Below are positions 47,485 to 58,567 of a stretch of DNA of 64,000 nucleotides, one piece after another. The notes beneath the pieces were generated by a model that did no database searches, had not been told where the DNA came from, and was given only the letters and a program-made list of their open reading frames with translations. The stretch is from Sporopachydermia quercuum (Eukaryota). The translations under genes and the position numbers were made by a program. Positions within the stretch are counted from its first letter, which is position 1. Every line of letters starts with the position of its first letter. Location of the stretch: assembly GCA_001599295.1 (NCBI GenBank), contig BCGN01000007.1:919791-983790 (forward strand). The letters are read 5' to 3'.

Positions 47485-49062
47485 ATGTACGCATTTACCG
47501 AAAGGCTTGTCAGTACATCACCAATATCTGATGAAACGCCTAAGAGAAATTCATTCATGACCCTTTCACCTTCTAAGTGCTGGTTCAATACAGACAAAAT
47601 AAGTCCCTCGCTATACTTCAAAGACGTATATGAGTTGGCAAAACTACAATCAATGAGTCCCATTGCATTGACCAAGTATGGATTGAATCAACAAACTAAA
47701 ATACAGAGTCCTACAAAAATAATAGACGATATCACTCAGAGTCAGAAAAGAATGAGCCCAAACGAACAACAAACAGGATACAATCAGTTGGATGAGTTTG
47801 TAGCTATGGATTCAACACCAACCGATAACAATAATAATAATAATGATGTAAGAAATATTGAAAACAAATACAACGAGTTTTCTCAATATATTTACGCTTC
47901 ATATAATGAATCAAATCTTCAACAAGGAGTGGGAAATGAATTTCTGAAACCTCCAATAACATTCACTACTGATCCAGAAGACATCGATTTTGATGATATG
48001 GAACTAGATGAGTTCATAGATTTCTATGGTGAGGAATCTTTTGCAGTAACTGGTGAAGTTGACGATATCAAAGATATTCACCAACAGCTAATGAATCTCA
48101 AGATTAAGGGACAAATCATGCATAATGAAGAAAGTCCGTATGATTTGAATGATATACTAGCTAGAGAGGACTCTGATTTGATAGATTCAATGGGTGAGAA
48201 CAAAGAAACTCAAACAAGAATAACAAGAACGAAAAACAATTCCCAGTCAACTCCTGACCAACAAACTGAATCCCAAGCCCACCATCAAACATCAGATACT
48301 TATAATAATAGTAAGAATAGTACAATAAACACAGCAGCCGATAATACACTGGCAGCGCCATTGAGAAGATCAAGTCGGCTGAATAAGCCAAAAGGGGATT
48401 TAGATGAGACAATAACAGCTTCTCCAAGAAGAATCTGTCGACCTACTAACGATATTCTACCAATAAAGCCAACTCTCAAGAAAAACGGCAAACATATAAA
48501 CGTGTTTGTTGATCCTACAAACGATCAAATCAATCTCACACTAGTTACAAAGAAAATAACTTTCCTCAATTCTGATAGTGAAATCAATAAAATACCAATA
48601 ACAAATATTTCTGAAGAGAAGGCAAATTCAGGAAGAAAAACTGCAAGAAAGAAGAAAACAATTGTTGATTATCTAGGAAGGAATAGTGTTGCGTTAGTGA
48701 TAGAGCATAATCAGAATGAAAATGGTCTAATGACTGTTGATAATAAAGAGAACAAGTCTTCGGTTCGGATTGGCTTTTATTCTAACAGTGATTTTCTGAG
48801 CTATATCAAAGAGAGGAACATTAAACTAGTACATGACGATGATGGTGATGATAATACCGAGGAAACTGGTATTGATACTGAAGCAATTGCTAAAGGGTAC
48901 AACAATATCGACGAAGATCAAGATCCAGATGAGGATCAAGAGATGAATTTCTTTGATATATCTACGAATTTGCAAGCATCAGGCACAGCTTCAAAGAAAA
49001 GAAGTACAAGGAACAAATCAACAATACGAAGAGTCAAATGGGCAGATAAATTGCAATGGTGA
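47485..49062 (+). CDS. Uncharacterised, largely disordered protein ending in RRVKWADKLQW
   Basis: Long ORF; first ATG at 47485 (the ORF track uses a GTG at 47377); S/T-P-rich, with acidic blocks. Confidence 0.7.
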   Translation: MYAFTERLVSTSPISDETPKRNSFMTLSPSKCWFNTDKISPSLYFKDVYELAKLQSMSPIALTKYGLNQQTKIQSPTKIIDDITQSQKRMSPNEQQTGYNQLDEFVAMDSTPTDNNNNNNDVRNIENKYNEFSQYIYASYNESNLQQGVGNEFLKPPITFTTDPEDIDFDDMELDEFIDFYGEESFAVTGEVDDIKDIHQQLMNLKIKGQIMHNEESPYDLNDILAREDSDLIDSMGENKETQTRITRTKNNSQSTPDQQTESQAHHQTSDTYNNSKNSTINTAADNTLAAPLRRSSRLNKPKGDLDETITASPRRICRPTNDILPIKPTLKKNGKHINVFVDPTNDQINLTLVTKKITFLNSDSEINKIPITNISEEKANSGRKTARKKKTIVDYLGRNSVALVIEHNQNENGLMTVDNKENKSSVRIGFYSNSDFLSYIKERNIKLVHDDDGDDNTEETGIDTEAIAKGYNNIDEDQDPDEDQEMNFFDISTNLQASGTASKKRSTRNKSTIRRVKWADKLQW

Positions 49063-49184
49063 CCAAAGCGTTTTAGTAAATTCAAATTAACGATTTTATA
49101 TATATAATGAGAATCATCGCAACCAATGCAAACAAACATAATATAAAAAGAAAGTACATGAATAAACAGATCATAAACTTCGAA

Positions 49185-49349
49185 CTATTTTCCTTCGCCA
49201 TCTAATGGCCAAACTGTAGGATCCCAGGGGGTATGCTCTATAGAATTCCAGGCGATAACGTCATAGCTTGAAGGATCTTCAAGTGATTTCTCATCCTCTT
49301 CAGATAATTCAAACTCATAGACATCAAGATTTTCTTTCAATCTACTGGG
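49185..49349 (-). CDS. C-terminal fragment of an aldo-keto reductase; the remainder lies in the assembly gap
   Basis: Minus frame PSRLKENLDVYEFELSEEDEKSLEDPSSYDVIAWNSIEHTPWDPTVWPLDGEGK* matches the AKR RxxENxxxxDFEL motif. Confidence 0.75.
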   Translation of the reverse strand, partial: PSRLKENLDVYEFELSEEDEKSLEDPSSYDVIAWNSIEHTPWDPTVWPLDGEGK

Positions 49350-49350
49350 A

Positions 49351-50230
49351 NNNNNNNNNNNNNNNNNNNNNNNNNNNNNNNNNNNNNNNNNNNNNNNNNN
49401 NNNNNNNNNNNNNNNNNNNNNNNNNNNNNNNNNNNNNNNNNNNNNNNNNNNNNNNNNNNNNNNNNNNNNNNNNNNNNNNNNNNNNNNNNNNNNNNNNNNN
49501 NNNNNNNNNNNNNNNNNNNNNNNNNNNNNNNNNNNNNNNNNNNNNNNNNNNNNNNNNNNNNNNNNNNNNNNNNNNNNNNNNNNNNNNNNNNNNNNNNNNN
49601 NNNNNNNNNNNNNNNNNNNNNNNNNNNNNNNNNNNNNNNNNNNNNNNNNNNNNNNNNNNNNNNNNNNNNNNNNNNNNNNNNNNNNNNNNNNNNNNNNNNN
49701 NNNNNNNNNNNNNNNNNNNNNNNNNNNNNNNNNNNNNNNNNNNNNNNNNNNNNNNNNNNNNNNNNNNNNNNNNNNNNNNNNNNNNNNNNNNNNNNNNNNN
49801 NNNNNNNNNNNNNNNNNNNNNNNNNNNNNNNNNNNNNNNNNNNNNNNNNNNNNNNNNNNNNNNNNNNNNNNNNNNNNNNNNNNNNNNNNNNNNNNNNNNN
49901 NNNNNNNNNNNNNNNNNNNNNNNNNNNNNNNNNNNNNNNNNNNNNNNNNNNNNNNNNNNNNNNNNNNNNNNNNNNNNNNNNNNNNNNNNNNNNNNNNNNN
50001 NNNNNNNNNNNNNNNNNNNNNNNNNNNNNNNNNNNNNNNNNNNNNNNNNNNNNNNNNNNNNNNNNNNNNNNNNNNNNNNNNNNNNNNNNNNNNNNNNNNN
50101 NNNNNNNNNNNNNNNNNNNNNNNNNNNNNNNNNNNNNNNNNNNNNNNNNNNNNNNNNNNNNNNNNNNNNNNNNNNNNNNNNNNNNNNNNNNNNNNNNNNN
50201 NNNNNNNNNNNNNNNNNNNNNNNNNNNNNN
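49351..50230. other. Assembly gap (880 N)
   Basis: Run of N. Confidence 1.
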
Positions 50231-51480
50231 CGAAACTGAGCCAATAAGAACAATAAGTAAATCCGTCAATGATAATTATATTGTATTCTGCAATTGAGAT
50301 AATGTAGGTTAATTGTTTTCATGATGAACAATGTGAAAGAAAGAAAGGACAAATCAATTCTTATTTATGTGTTTCTCAATTGCCTTTGCCTCCGTCGTAC
50401 AAAATGAAAATTTCAATTGCATGTGACATGAACTAATATAGTGCGAACGGCTTACTTGAAGTAAAAGAAGAGAAAGAAATGAGGAATAACGAATAATAAA
50501 ATGGAATTATGACATCGCCAGAAGTTTTCCGTTTACCAAGGGGGAAAGACCTTATTTTCTGATATGTAGATCAATACTTTCTATCTTCAACTGTTACGAA
50601 AATAAGAGGAAATAAGGGAGATTAGTTTGAATTCACTTCATCTGCTCATCTCCTCTGTGCTGAAGCCTCGACCAACTTTAATAACCATATTATTCCCAAT
50701 TTGTATACCTCATTTAGGTAACAGCAGAGAAAACCTTTAAATCAGCTGAAGGAAGACTCTAAGTTTGTGGATCAAAACAAAGATTCTTTGTGAATATATA
50801 GAGAATATGAGTACATATTAATACTTATTCATGACTTTATTAGTGATACTTGACACAATATTGAAGGATTTGATAGTATATAATGATTTGAGCGTAGATT
50901 TCATCTGGCCATGAGTATAGGTATAGCACAGGAAGTAGAGATGTAATTAGAAGATAGGAAGAGATAGTCTAAGGTAGCATGATAAAGTTGGATAATATGG
51001 TATTGTGGATATTTGTATTGATTTGAATATTTGAAGGCATAATTTAGAGATAGGGATTGATAATTACTGGGTTAGAACCATTGATAATCTTTTTCAATGG
51101 GACTTCTGTCATGAGCAGTAGAATTGTGTACAGTTTGCTTGATGAATAAAAATGAGTTGAATTCAGTCCAGTTGAATAAACTTATTAAACATAGTATAAC
51201 ACCTTGAAAAAAACCTCATTTAGACTACAGCAATACAATAAAGGACCTGCAATATTCTCTATAAAGCATACTAAGCTATATTAAACCCACCTAAATATTA
51301 CTATGTATCTATATATATCGACTAAAAAATATCCTTAATACCAAGGTTTTCTTACTACCTTCAGTGTTGTTTTATTGCTTCATGAAATCCTTCATCGTCT
51401 CTTGCATCTTCGGTATTATTTTCATCTTTTAATTTAATGATTTTAACTTCATATCAGATCATCGAAGTGAAACCAAACAA

Positions 51481-52587
51481 TCACACATGAAACAACCAAA
51501 CGACTCCATAAAGAAAGAATGCACTTATAACAGGGATAGTTATATTATCATCGAAATCCCAAAGATCGATTCCTTCACTGATGGCACCAATAAAACCACA
51601 AAGAACAGTAAATATGCCAAAGTTCAGCTTTGATGTTTCTGTTGAATAAAAAATATCTCCAGGAAGATTATATTCTTCACACCTGGGTATGAAATATCCA
51701 TAGAGTAACACACATGCAAGTATACCGCAAATGAATGCAGCGATAGAACCAGCTAATGATTTACCTTTTGATATCTTTGGTGTTAAATGCCCATAAGCAC
51801 GTCCGAAGGTAGATGCTGCTGTATCAGACCACGAAAGTAATAGCAATGCCATCAGGCAGATATCTTTAGGAAAAAGAAGGAAAACAATGATCAATCCTAG
51901 TAAATACCAAATGACACCATTATACCTTGTTACTTCTTTTTCTCTCATCAATGCACCACATAGTTGGATATATAGCTTATTGATTTCTTCATTTCGAAAT
52001 CTAATGAAGTCAATAGATGTGATAGATACAAGCATAGCTATTAAAACCGGAGTAACCTGCGATAGCTTTATACCCTGAGTATAGAAATAAAGGGTAAGGA
52101 ATCCAATTGATACATGCAAGAACTTCCTTGGGATTTCGTGTTTATGAACGAATGAACTGAATCTTTTATGTGAAGGAATAGTTATTGAGTTTAACGAAAG
52201 ATTTGACATGGACTCTTTAGTTGATCTTAGTGTTGCAGCTAGTGTAGAAGCTAAAGATGCTGTTGATGAGACCCTTGAAACGTTCTTACTTTCTGTTTCT
52301 GGGCTCAGCGAATCTTTCAACAATTTACTGTAAGCCTCACCATTGCTCACACCATTTGGTTCTTTATCTAACTTTGATTTTCTTACTGATGACAATGAAG
52401 TCGAACTAGAACTAGAACTTGATATTGAGAAGGCTGAGTGAACTGTTTGTGTTGATACTGCACTATCTTGTTCAAAGTCTGAAGAGTCTACTGATTCCAC
52501 ATTATCTATCATTGATTGGATAGATGGAGCTTTCACTCTAATTGAAGGAACATTTTCATCTTGAATTGGAAGTATGTCCGTCACCAT
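51481..52587 (-). CDS. DGK1: CTP-dependent diacylglycerol kinase
   Basis: HKHEIPRKFLHVSIGF, LMREKE..YNGVIWYLLG, LLSWSDTAASTFGRAYG, KSLAGS, DDNITIPV; Ser-rich N-terminus. Confidence 0.93.
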   Translation of the reverse strand: MVTDILPIQDENVPSIRVKAPSIQSMIDNVESVDSSDFEQDSAVSTQTVHSAFSISSSSSSSTSLSSVRKSKLDKEPNGVSNGEAYSKLLKDSLSPETESKNVSRVSSTASLASTLAATLRSTKESMSNLSLNSITIPSHKRFSSFVHKHEIPRKFLHVSIGFLTLYFYTQGIKLSQVTPVLIAMLVSITSIDFIRFRNEEINKLYIQLCGALMREKEVTRYNGVIWYLLGLIIVFLLFPKDICLMALLLLSWSDTAASTFGRAYGHLTPKISKGKSLAGSIAAFICGILACVLLYGYFIPRCEEYNLPGDIFYSTETSKLNFGIFTVLCGFIGAISEGIDLWDFDDNITIPVISAFFLYGVVWLFHV

Positions 52588-53841
52588 GATGCTGTTCTTT
52601 ATATGATATCATATATTCTGAGATTGGAATAGATCCTAGGATATCTGAGTTGTTCTAGTATGTATATATGCAAAGTACAGCACAGTAAGATATATAAGCT
52701 CTGTATGTATGTGACTGCGGTTGATTAGTTGTCAACAATGTGAAGATAGCTGATTGCCGATTGCGTATCTACAGGTATAATTCTTAGTATGTCAGAATTC
52801 CTATTTGAACTCGCTTTCAGTGGGAAATCTTCGATGTCACCTTATCGCTGATTTATTCCTTTATGCTGTTGAGTTCTTTAATATATTTATCATGAACAGA
52901 ATGGTCGCGCTGTTTTTATAATTCAAAACGCCAGAATTATGACCCACCAGAAAATATAAACTGCTTAGCCGAGAAGACACGTATAAGCAGAATTTTTACT
53001 AAACCAAAAAGAATAAAATAAGTAACAGAACTAGCTATTGGTACAGATTTCTATTTGCTTCTCACTTGTTATTCTTTCATGTTGATTGATTTGTTCTATA
53101 GGGAAAAAAAAGGAAACCAGGAAACGTGAAAATATAGAGAGTTATGCGTACGAAGGCGGTAGCTATTTTATACCGATATTNCAGAACGAGATGTGAAGTG
53201 GCACTGTCAGTTATTTCGAAGTAAAATGGGATATGCGACTAATAGTTAGATGTTTTGAACTGGAGGATAAAATTATTGTTAGTGCTGAAATGTAAATGAA
53301 ACTTGAAATTATGAAGCTTTTAAATAAGAATCAGTTGAAAAGAGCCTCTTTAAAGTTGATTCTCGCCTTGTATCAACAGGTAATAATCAACTGCTTGTTT
53401 ATAGATTATCTAATCAGAAAAAATATAACTGGTTGATGTTACCGTACACGCTGCAAAGTTTTAACGTCTCCATTTGGTACCTATACGTAACCAATCACAT
53501 ATACAAGAATTAGTTCAATGTATTATAAAAAAAAAATCAAAAAATCAGAACACTGATTTTAAACTAAATTTTGGAAAAGAAGTTAACATAGCTCATTTTT
53601 TCAGTCACTATGAATATTTTTNTAAAAGTTCCACTCATCTTCAGCTACTAAAACCTCATCCTACCTTCAACTACTCGCTATTCGTAATCACATGCAAAAT
53701 TGGTTGCTTGTTTCTACTTCCGAGTTGAGATATTACAATTTACCAATCACATAATCAATAATTAGTTATCTCACAGTGAAAGGGCCTGGTGACCAACTGT
53801 GCTTCAAATTACTCAAAAGTTCCCACATTTACAATACTAAC

Positions 53842-53956
53842 AATTTTTTTTCATNTCTGTTCCGGGTAACATTGAAACTATTGAAACAGGAGGAGACTCG
53901 AAGTTCTAACCTTCTGCACTCAAACGAAAAAGTTTGAAAGAGTGAAAAAAAAATTC
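53842..53956. promoter_or_regulatory. NOP58 ribosome-biogenesis promoter: two RRPE-like motifs and a Reb1 site
   Basis: AATTTTTTTTCA near 53842, CCGGGTAA 53862-53869, TGAAAAAAAAATT near 53943. Confidence 0.55.
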
Positions 53957-54264
53957 TCTAAAGTTACTTCTTACAACAAGCCATATGGATATTTTGTTTA
54001 AACAAGAATGCGAAACTATCATCAAACCAATTTTGACTCAAGATTCATAGTGCATAGATCTGAGAAGATACATAAACATTGATTGATTGATTGATTGACT
54101 GATTTTTTGGAAAGATTAACTATTATTGTCTAACTCACCTAGGATAGCATAATTACAGAAAGGGAGGAGTCGACCAACATTTAGTGTAGAAGATTCAATT
54201 AGCGTCAGAAAATAGTTGGACAAGTTTTGGATTAAAGGTCAATCAACAAATAAAATCAATCAAA

Positions 54265-55857
54265 ATGACGTTAGTTCTAACAGAAACAGCTGCAGGCTAT
54301 GCCCTGTTGAAAGCTGCTGACAAGAAGATATATAAGTCATCTACTCTAATCCAAGACTTATCAACACCAGAATCTGTTACTTCTCAATTTCGAATTCAAG
54401 CTTTCTCCAAGTTTGACTCGGCTGCTTCTGCTTTAGAAGAAACTTCATCTATCATTGAAGGTAAAGTCAGTTCCAAACTTGAATCTATGTTGAAAGAAGC
54501 TGCAGAAGCCAGCTCCAAAGAACCTACATTGGTTGTTTCTGATCCTAAGTTAGGTAACTCCATTAATAAAATTGAAGGATTAAAATTGAAGATAATATCT
54601 GACTCTAATTCATTAGATTTGTTTAGAGCAATCAGACAATATTTACCAGAGTTACTTCCTGGTTTAAAAGATCAAGATTTATCAACTATGGCTCTTGGTT
54701 TAGCACATTCATTGGGTAGACATAAATTGAAGTTTTCACCTGATAAGGTTGATACTATGATTGTTCAAGCTATTGCATTATTGGATGATTTGGATAAAGA
54801 ACTCAATACTTATGCTATGAGACTAAGAGAATGGTATGGATGGCATTTCCCTGAAATGGGTAAGATTGTCAGTGATAATCTTGCTTATGCTAAATGTATC
54901 AAGAACTTTGGTTTAAGAACCAGTGTTTCAGATAGTGATTTATCTGATATTTTACCAGAAGAGATTGAAGATGCTTTGAAAGCAGCTGCCGAAATTTCCA
55001 TGGGTACTGAAATCACTGAACTTGATTTAGATAATATTGATGCATTGGCAACACAAGTTGTTGATTTTTATGAGTATAGAGAACAATTAGCCAACTATCT
55101 TTCTGCTAGGATGCAGGCCATTGCTCCTAATGCTACTGCACTTTTAGGTGAACTTGTCGGTGCCCGATTGATTGCTCATTCTGGTTCTCTTATCTCTTTA
55201 GCCAAAGCTCCTGCGTCTACTGTTCAAATTTTAGGTGCTGAGAAGGCTTTATTCAGAGCTCTGAAAACTAAGCATGATACTCCTAAGTATGGTTTAATTT
55301 ACAACTCTAGTCTAGTCGGTCAAGCCACTGGTAAGAACAAGGGTAAGATTGCAAGAGTATTGGCTGCTAAAGCTTCCGTCTGTTTACGTTATGATGCTTT
55401 ATGCGAGGAAAGAGATGATTCTGGTGAATTAGGTTTGGAGTGCAGAGGTAAACTTGAAAGCAGGTTAAGCATGTTGGAAGGTAGAGAAATTGGTGCCAAT
55501 GCTGCTGCTAAGAAGACAGAATTTAAGAAAATCGAAGTGGTGAGCAGTAAGACTTACAATGAAGATGCTGACGGACTTGCTGATGTTTCAATGGTCTCAA
55601 AGGCTGATGACTCTGATTCAGATGATTCCGACGAAGAAACTGAAGTAAAGAAGGAGAAGAAAGGAAAGAAAGAAAAGAAGGACAAGAAGGACAAGAAAGA
55701 TAAGAAAGAAAAGAAGGAAAAGAAGAGAAAGAGAGAAGAAGACGATGAAGAAGAGGAAGAAGTAGAAGAGGAAGATAAGAAGAGTAAAAAGGAAAAGAAG
55801 AATAAGAAAGAAAAGAAGGCCAAGAAGGAGAAGAAGGAGAAGAAGCATAAGAAATAA
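54265..55857 (+). CDS. NOP58: Box C/D snoRNP protein Nop58
   Basis: [73 protein letters not shown] tail. Confidence 0.96.
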   Translation: MTLVLTETAAGYALLKAADKKIYKSSTLIQDLSTPESVTSQFRIQAFSKFDSAASALEETSSIIEGKVSSKLESMLKEAAEASSKEPTLVVSDPKLGNSINKIEGLKLKIISDSNSLDLFRAIRQYLPELLPGLKDQDLSTMALGLAHSLGRHKLKFSPDKVDTMIVQAIALLDDLDKELNTYAMRLREWYGWHFPEMGKIVSDNLAYAKCIKNFGLRTSVSDSDLSDILPEEIEDALKAAAEISMGTEITELDLDNIDALATQVVDFYEYREQLANYLSARMQAIAPNATALLGELVGARLIAHSGSLISLAKAPASTVQILGAEKALFRALKTKHDTPKYGLIYNSSLVGQATGKNKGKIARVLAAKASVCLRYDALCEERDDSGELGLECRGKLESRLSMLEGREIGANAAAKKTEFKKIEVVSSKTYNEDADGLADVSMVSKADDSDSDDSDEETEVKKEKKGKKEKKDKKDKKDKKEKKEKKRKREEDDEEEEEVEEEDKKSKKEKKNKKEKKAKKEKKEKKHKK

Positions 55858-57043
55858 ACATACATTGACTTAACATAAAAGCATTTTTTTTTGATTTATT
55901 TGAGGAGAACATCATTGAATATAGACTTTCTCAATTATTTCATGAAACTCACATCATTTCATGAGTCTAGCTCTAATCTAATGAGAATATATACTATATC
56001 TTATTTTTGCAATATCATATATTTCACTAGACTTTTGCTTTTGTTCACCTTAACGTTTCATTCTTATTGTTTAATCTTTACTTATCTTTCTTTTCTTCTT
56101 TCCTTTCCTTTTCTTTTCTTTCCTTTCTTCATTTCATTTCATTTCATTTATTTTTTTTTATTCTTATTCATTTGTTTTGTAATTATATCCCTTTATCATT
56201 GGTTCTGTTCTATCTAATACTGGTTACTCTTGGTTTCATGTGAATATACGTTGAAATGTTTCTAGTGATGAATAATTGGTAGTAGTTGATCCCCCAGGTA
56301 GGAAGAGACGAGAACAAAGCGCAGACAAATGCAAGCCGAAATCAGCTGTTTAAATACGTTGTTCCTTGCTTATTAAAGTATATTCATTATCCATAAAACG
56401 ATCATCCTGAATATGCGGAAACTATCCAAATTGATTGACTATATGATGTCCGGAATCTATCACAAATGACAACATACAGTAGGAATGGAAAGTTAATGAT
56501 TGACCAGCTAAAATGAGCTCTCAACACTCAAAGCAGGGTATTTTGAACTAATACCGTATATTATATTGAGTGATTAAATAAAAACGATAAAATAAAATAG
56601 GTATGAATTTTCCGTACAGTTTTGTTATTTCATACAGACTTGAATATGAAAAGCTATTCAAAAGTCTCCTCTCTTTCTAGTGAGCCACTACATAATCTCC
56701 GAAATTTGCGGTATTGTACCACGAACATCTTCTATCTTCCCATCAGCCTTATCATAACAATGGAATGTAAGACATGCCTTTATTGAAGATATCTCAATTG
56801 AAACTATTCTTAATTACACTAAAACTATCAGAAATAACCAATATAACACGGAAATGCTTTTGGTTGTTGAGCCTGCTAATTCAACCCAGTAGAATCTTGG
56901 CTCAGCACTTTCAAACAGAAGCTAGGTCATTCATACATCCATATATACCATTATCAACTCCTAGCTTATAATTGTAAAGTACATTATCTCTATGGCCAAT
57001 TTGGCCTGAGCTACAAGGATAAANACGATTTACTTTCACTACA

Positions 57044-58186
57044 ATGGATCAAACCATCGCAACAACGGATCTATCCAATGATATAACCATCATTGGCTCC
57101 TTGACAGGTATGCTGTCATCTAAACTGAAAGGTAATAGAAATCAACTAGATCAACTAAGAGAGCAGTTATTAGAACTAATGCCTTTGGTGAAAGAAGAGA
57201 ACAGAAAAGAAGAATCAACAAGTCCTATACAAAAATTACCAGAAGATGAAACAAAGCTACCAAATACACAGAAATTATTATTGAGCTCGCCAGCTCCAAA
57301 TAATGACATTGGCACTACCAATCATGATAATGATGAGGATTCACCTTCTGTTACCACCCAGTATCCAGAACTATCAGATGATATGTCCTATGAGGAGTTT
57401 GTTCTATACCTCGAGAATTCTAACTTGGAGTTTCAAACCCAACTACAAAGACTACAATTTATGCAAACAAAAACGCAGGAACTACTTAACAGATATCAAA
57501 ATACATTAACAACTCTTGTCACCAGTCTGAGGTCAGGTCTCATAAGCAGTAATGAAACATCTAATGTAACTACAGGTAACAGTAAAAAGGAACAGATAGA
57601 AGAAAACAGATTAAGTCAGTTGATGGAATTGGAAACACATTTAAAGCTACAGGAGCAGGCTCCGCAGTTTGATGAAAGTATTGAGGAGAAACTGAAAAGC
57701 TCTGATGAGGAGAAGCATATTCTGATACAAGATATTCAATGGGTCTTGGATAAACTGTTAATGGAGTATAAATTACCAGGAAACATATATGATCGAAAAA
57801 CAGAAATGCTATTAGGAGAAGTTGATCAGTTATGTTCCGTGATAGAAATAATAGGAAAGTATTTAGGCAAAGCTGGTGGTCTTGAAGGTAAGAACTTCAA
57901 TTCAGAGTTAGTGGCTTTGAAAGCAATTAGTAGCTCTGTTGATGATGTGAATAGTGGCGGGAGTGACGAGAAGAAGAATGGAAAAGGAAATGATAACTAT
58001 GGTGCTGATAATGAATATGGTAACGATTATGGTACTGGCAGTCAATTTGATCTTGACAACGATAGTGATGATGGGGAAAGGTATCCTAAGGTAGTAATTA
58101 CTAAGAAGACAATTGATGCTTTTGAACAGGTGACTCAGTTGATGGACCAGTTGTTTCAATTACGAGTAGGAGGATCTAATACATAA
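57044..58186 (+). CDS. Coiled-coil protein, possibly a Far3/SIKE-like STRIPAK subunit
   Basis: 380-aa ORF with an N-terminal helix LTGMLSSKLKGNRNQLDQLREQLLEL and a second coil LENSNLEFQTQLQRLQFMQTKTQELLNRY; family call by recalled resemblance only. Confidence 0.5.
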   Translation: MDQTIATTDLSNDITIIGSLTGMLSSKLKGNRNQLDQLREQLLELMPLVKEENRKEESTSPIQKLPEDETKLPNTQKLLLSSPAPNNDIGTTNHDNDEDSPSVTTQYPELSDDMSYEEFVLYLENSNLEFQTQLQRLQFMQTKTQELLNRYQNTLTTLVTSLRSGLISSNETSNVTTGNSKKEQIEENRLSQLMELETHLKLQEQAPQFDESIEEKLKSSDEEKHILIQDIQWVLDKLLMEYKLPGNIYDRKTEMLLGEVDQLCSVIEIIGKYLGKAGGLEGKNFNSELVALKAISSSVDDVNSGGSDEKKNGKGNDNYGADNEYGNDYGTGSQFDLDNDSDDGERYPKVVITKKTIDAFEQVTQLMDQLFQLRVGGSNT

Positions 58187-58567
58187 AGAAAAGGAAGAAG
58201 GAAAGCAATTCAATAAAGCATTAATAGTATGTGTTTTGCTTTTGTCATAGTAGCCTTTAATGGAGATGATAACATAATAATTATGATTATATCATAAAAA
58301 ATCAGCAGATAATAGAAAGATTCTTCATACAACAACATCATAGTTACACCTTGTGTAAATCAACTACATATACTAATATGAATACCCCTACGAAATCCAT
58401 TCTCTAGTTATACTCATTATATTTATCCTACCCAAAAAGTTACTTCCCACGAAGTTAAATCTCTAATGCATGTAACTATATTCCAACAACTTCATGCATT
58501 TACCTTCTCTCCAGTTCATTTCTCTACACAATTCTCTGCCTGCTCACTACCTTCCTTACTTCTTTAC

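Noticed and set aside
49268..50269. Three ORF-track entries of ~300 aa
   Set aside because: Artefacts of translating through the N gap
55523..56217. Phe/Ser/Leu-rich ORFs, and apparent complementarity between the NOP58 KKE/D tail and the downstream pyrimidine tract
   Set aside because: Antisense shadows of a low-complexity purine tract; short matches are expected by chance between such tracts
56264..56410. Box C/D snoRNA downstream of NOP58 (GTGATGA...CTGA)
   Set aside because: No terminal stem or recognisable rRNA-complementary guide; boxes this short occur by chance
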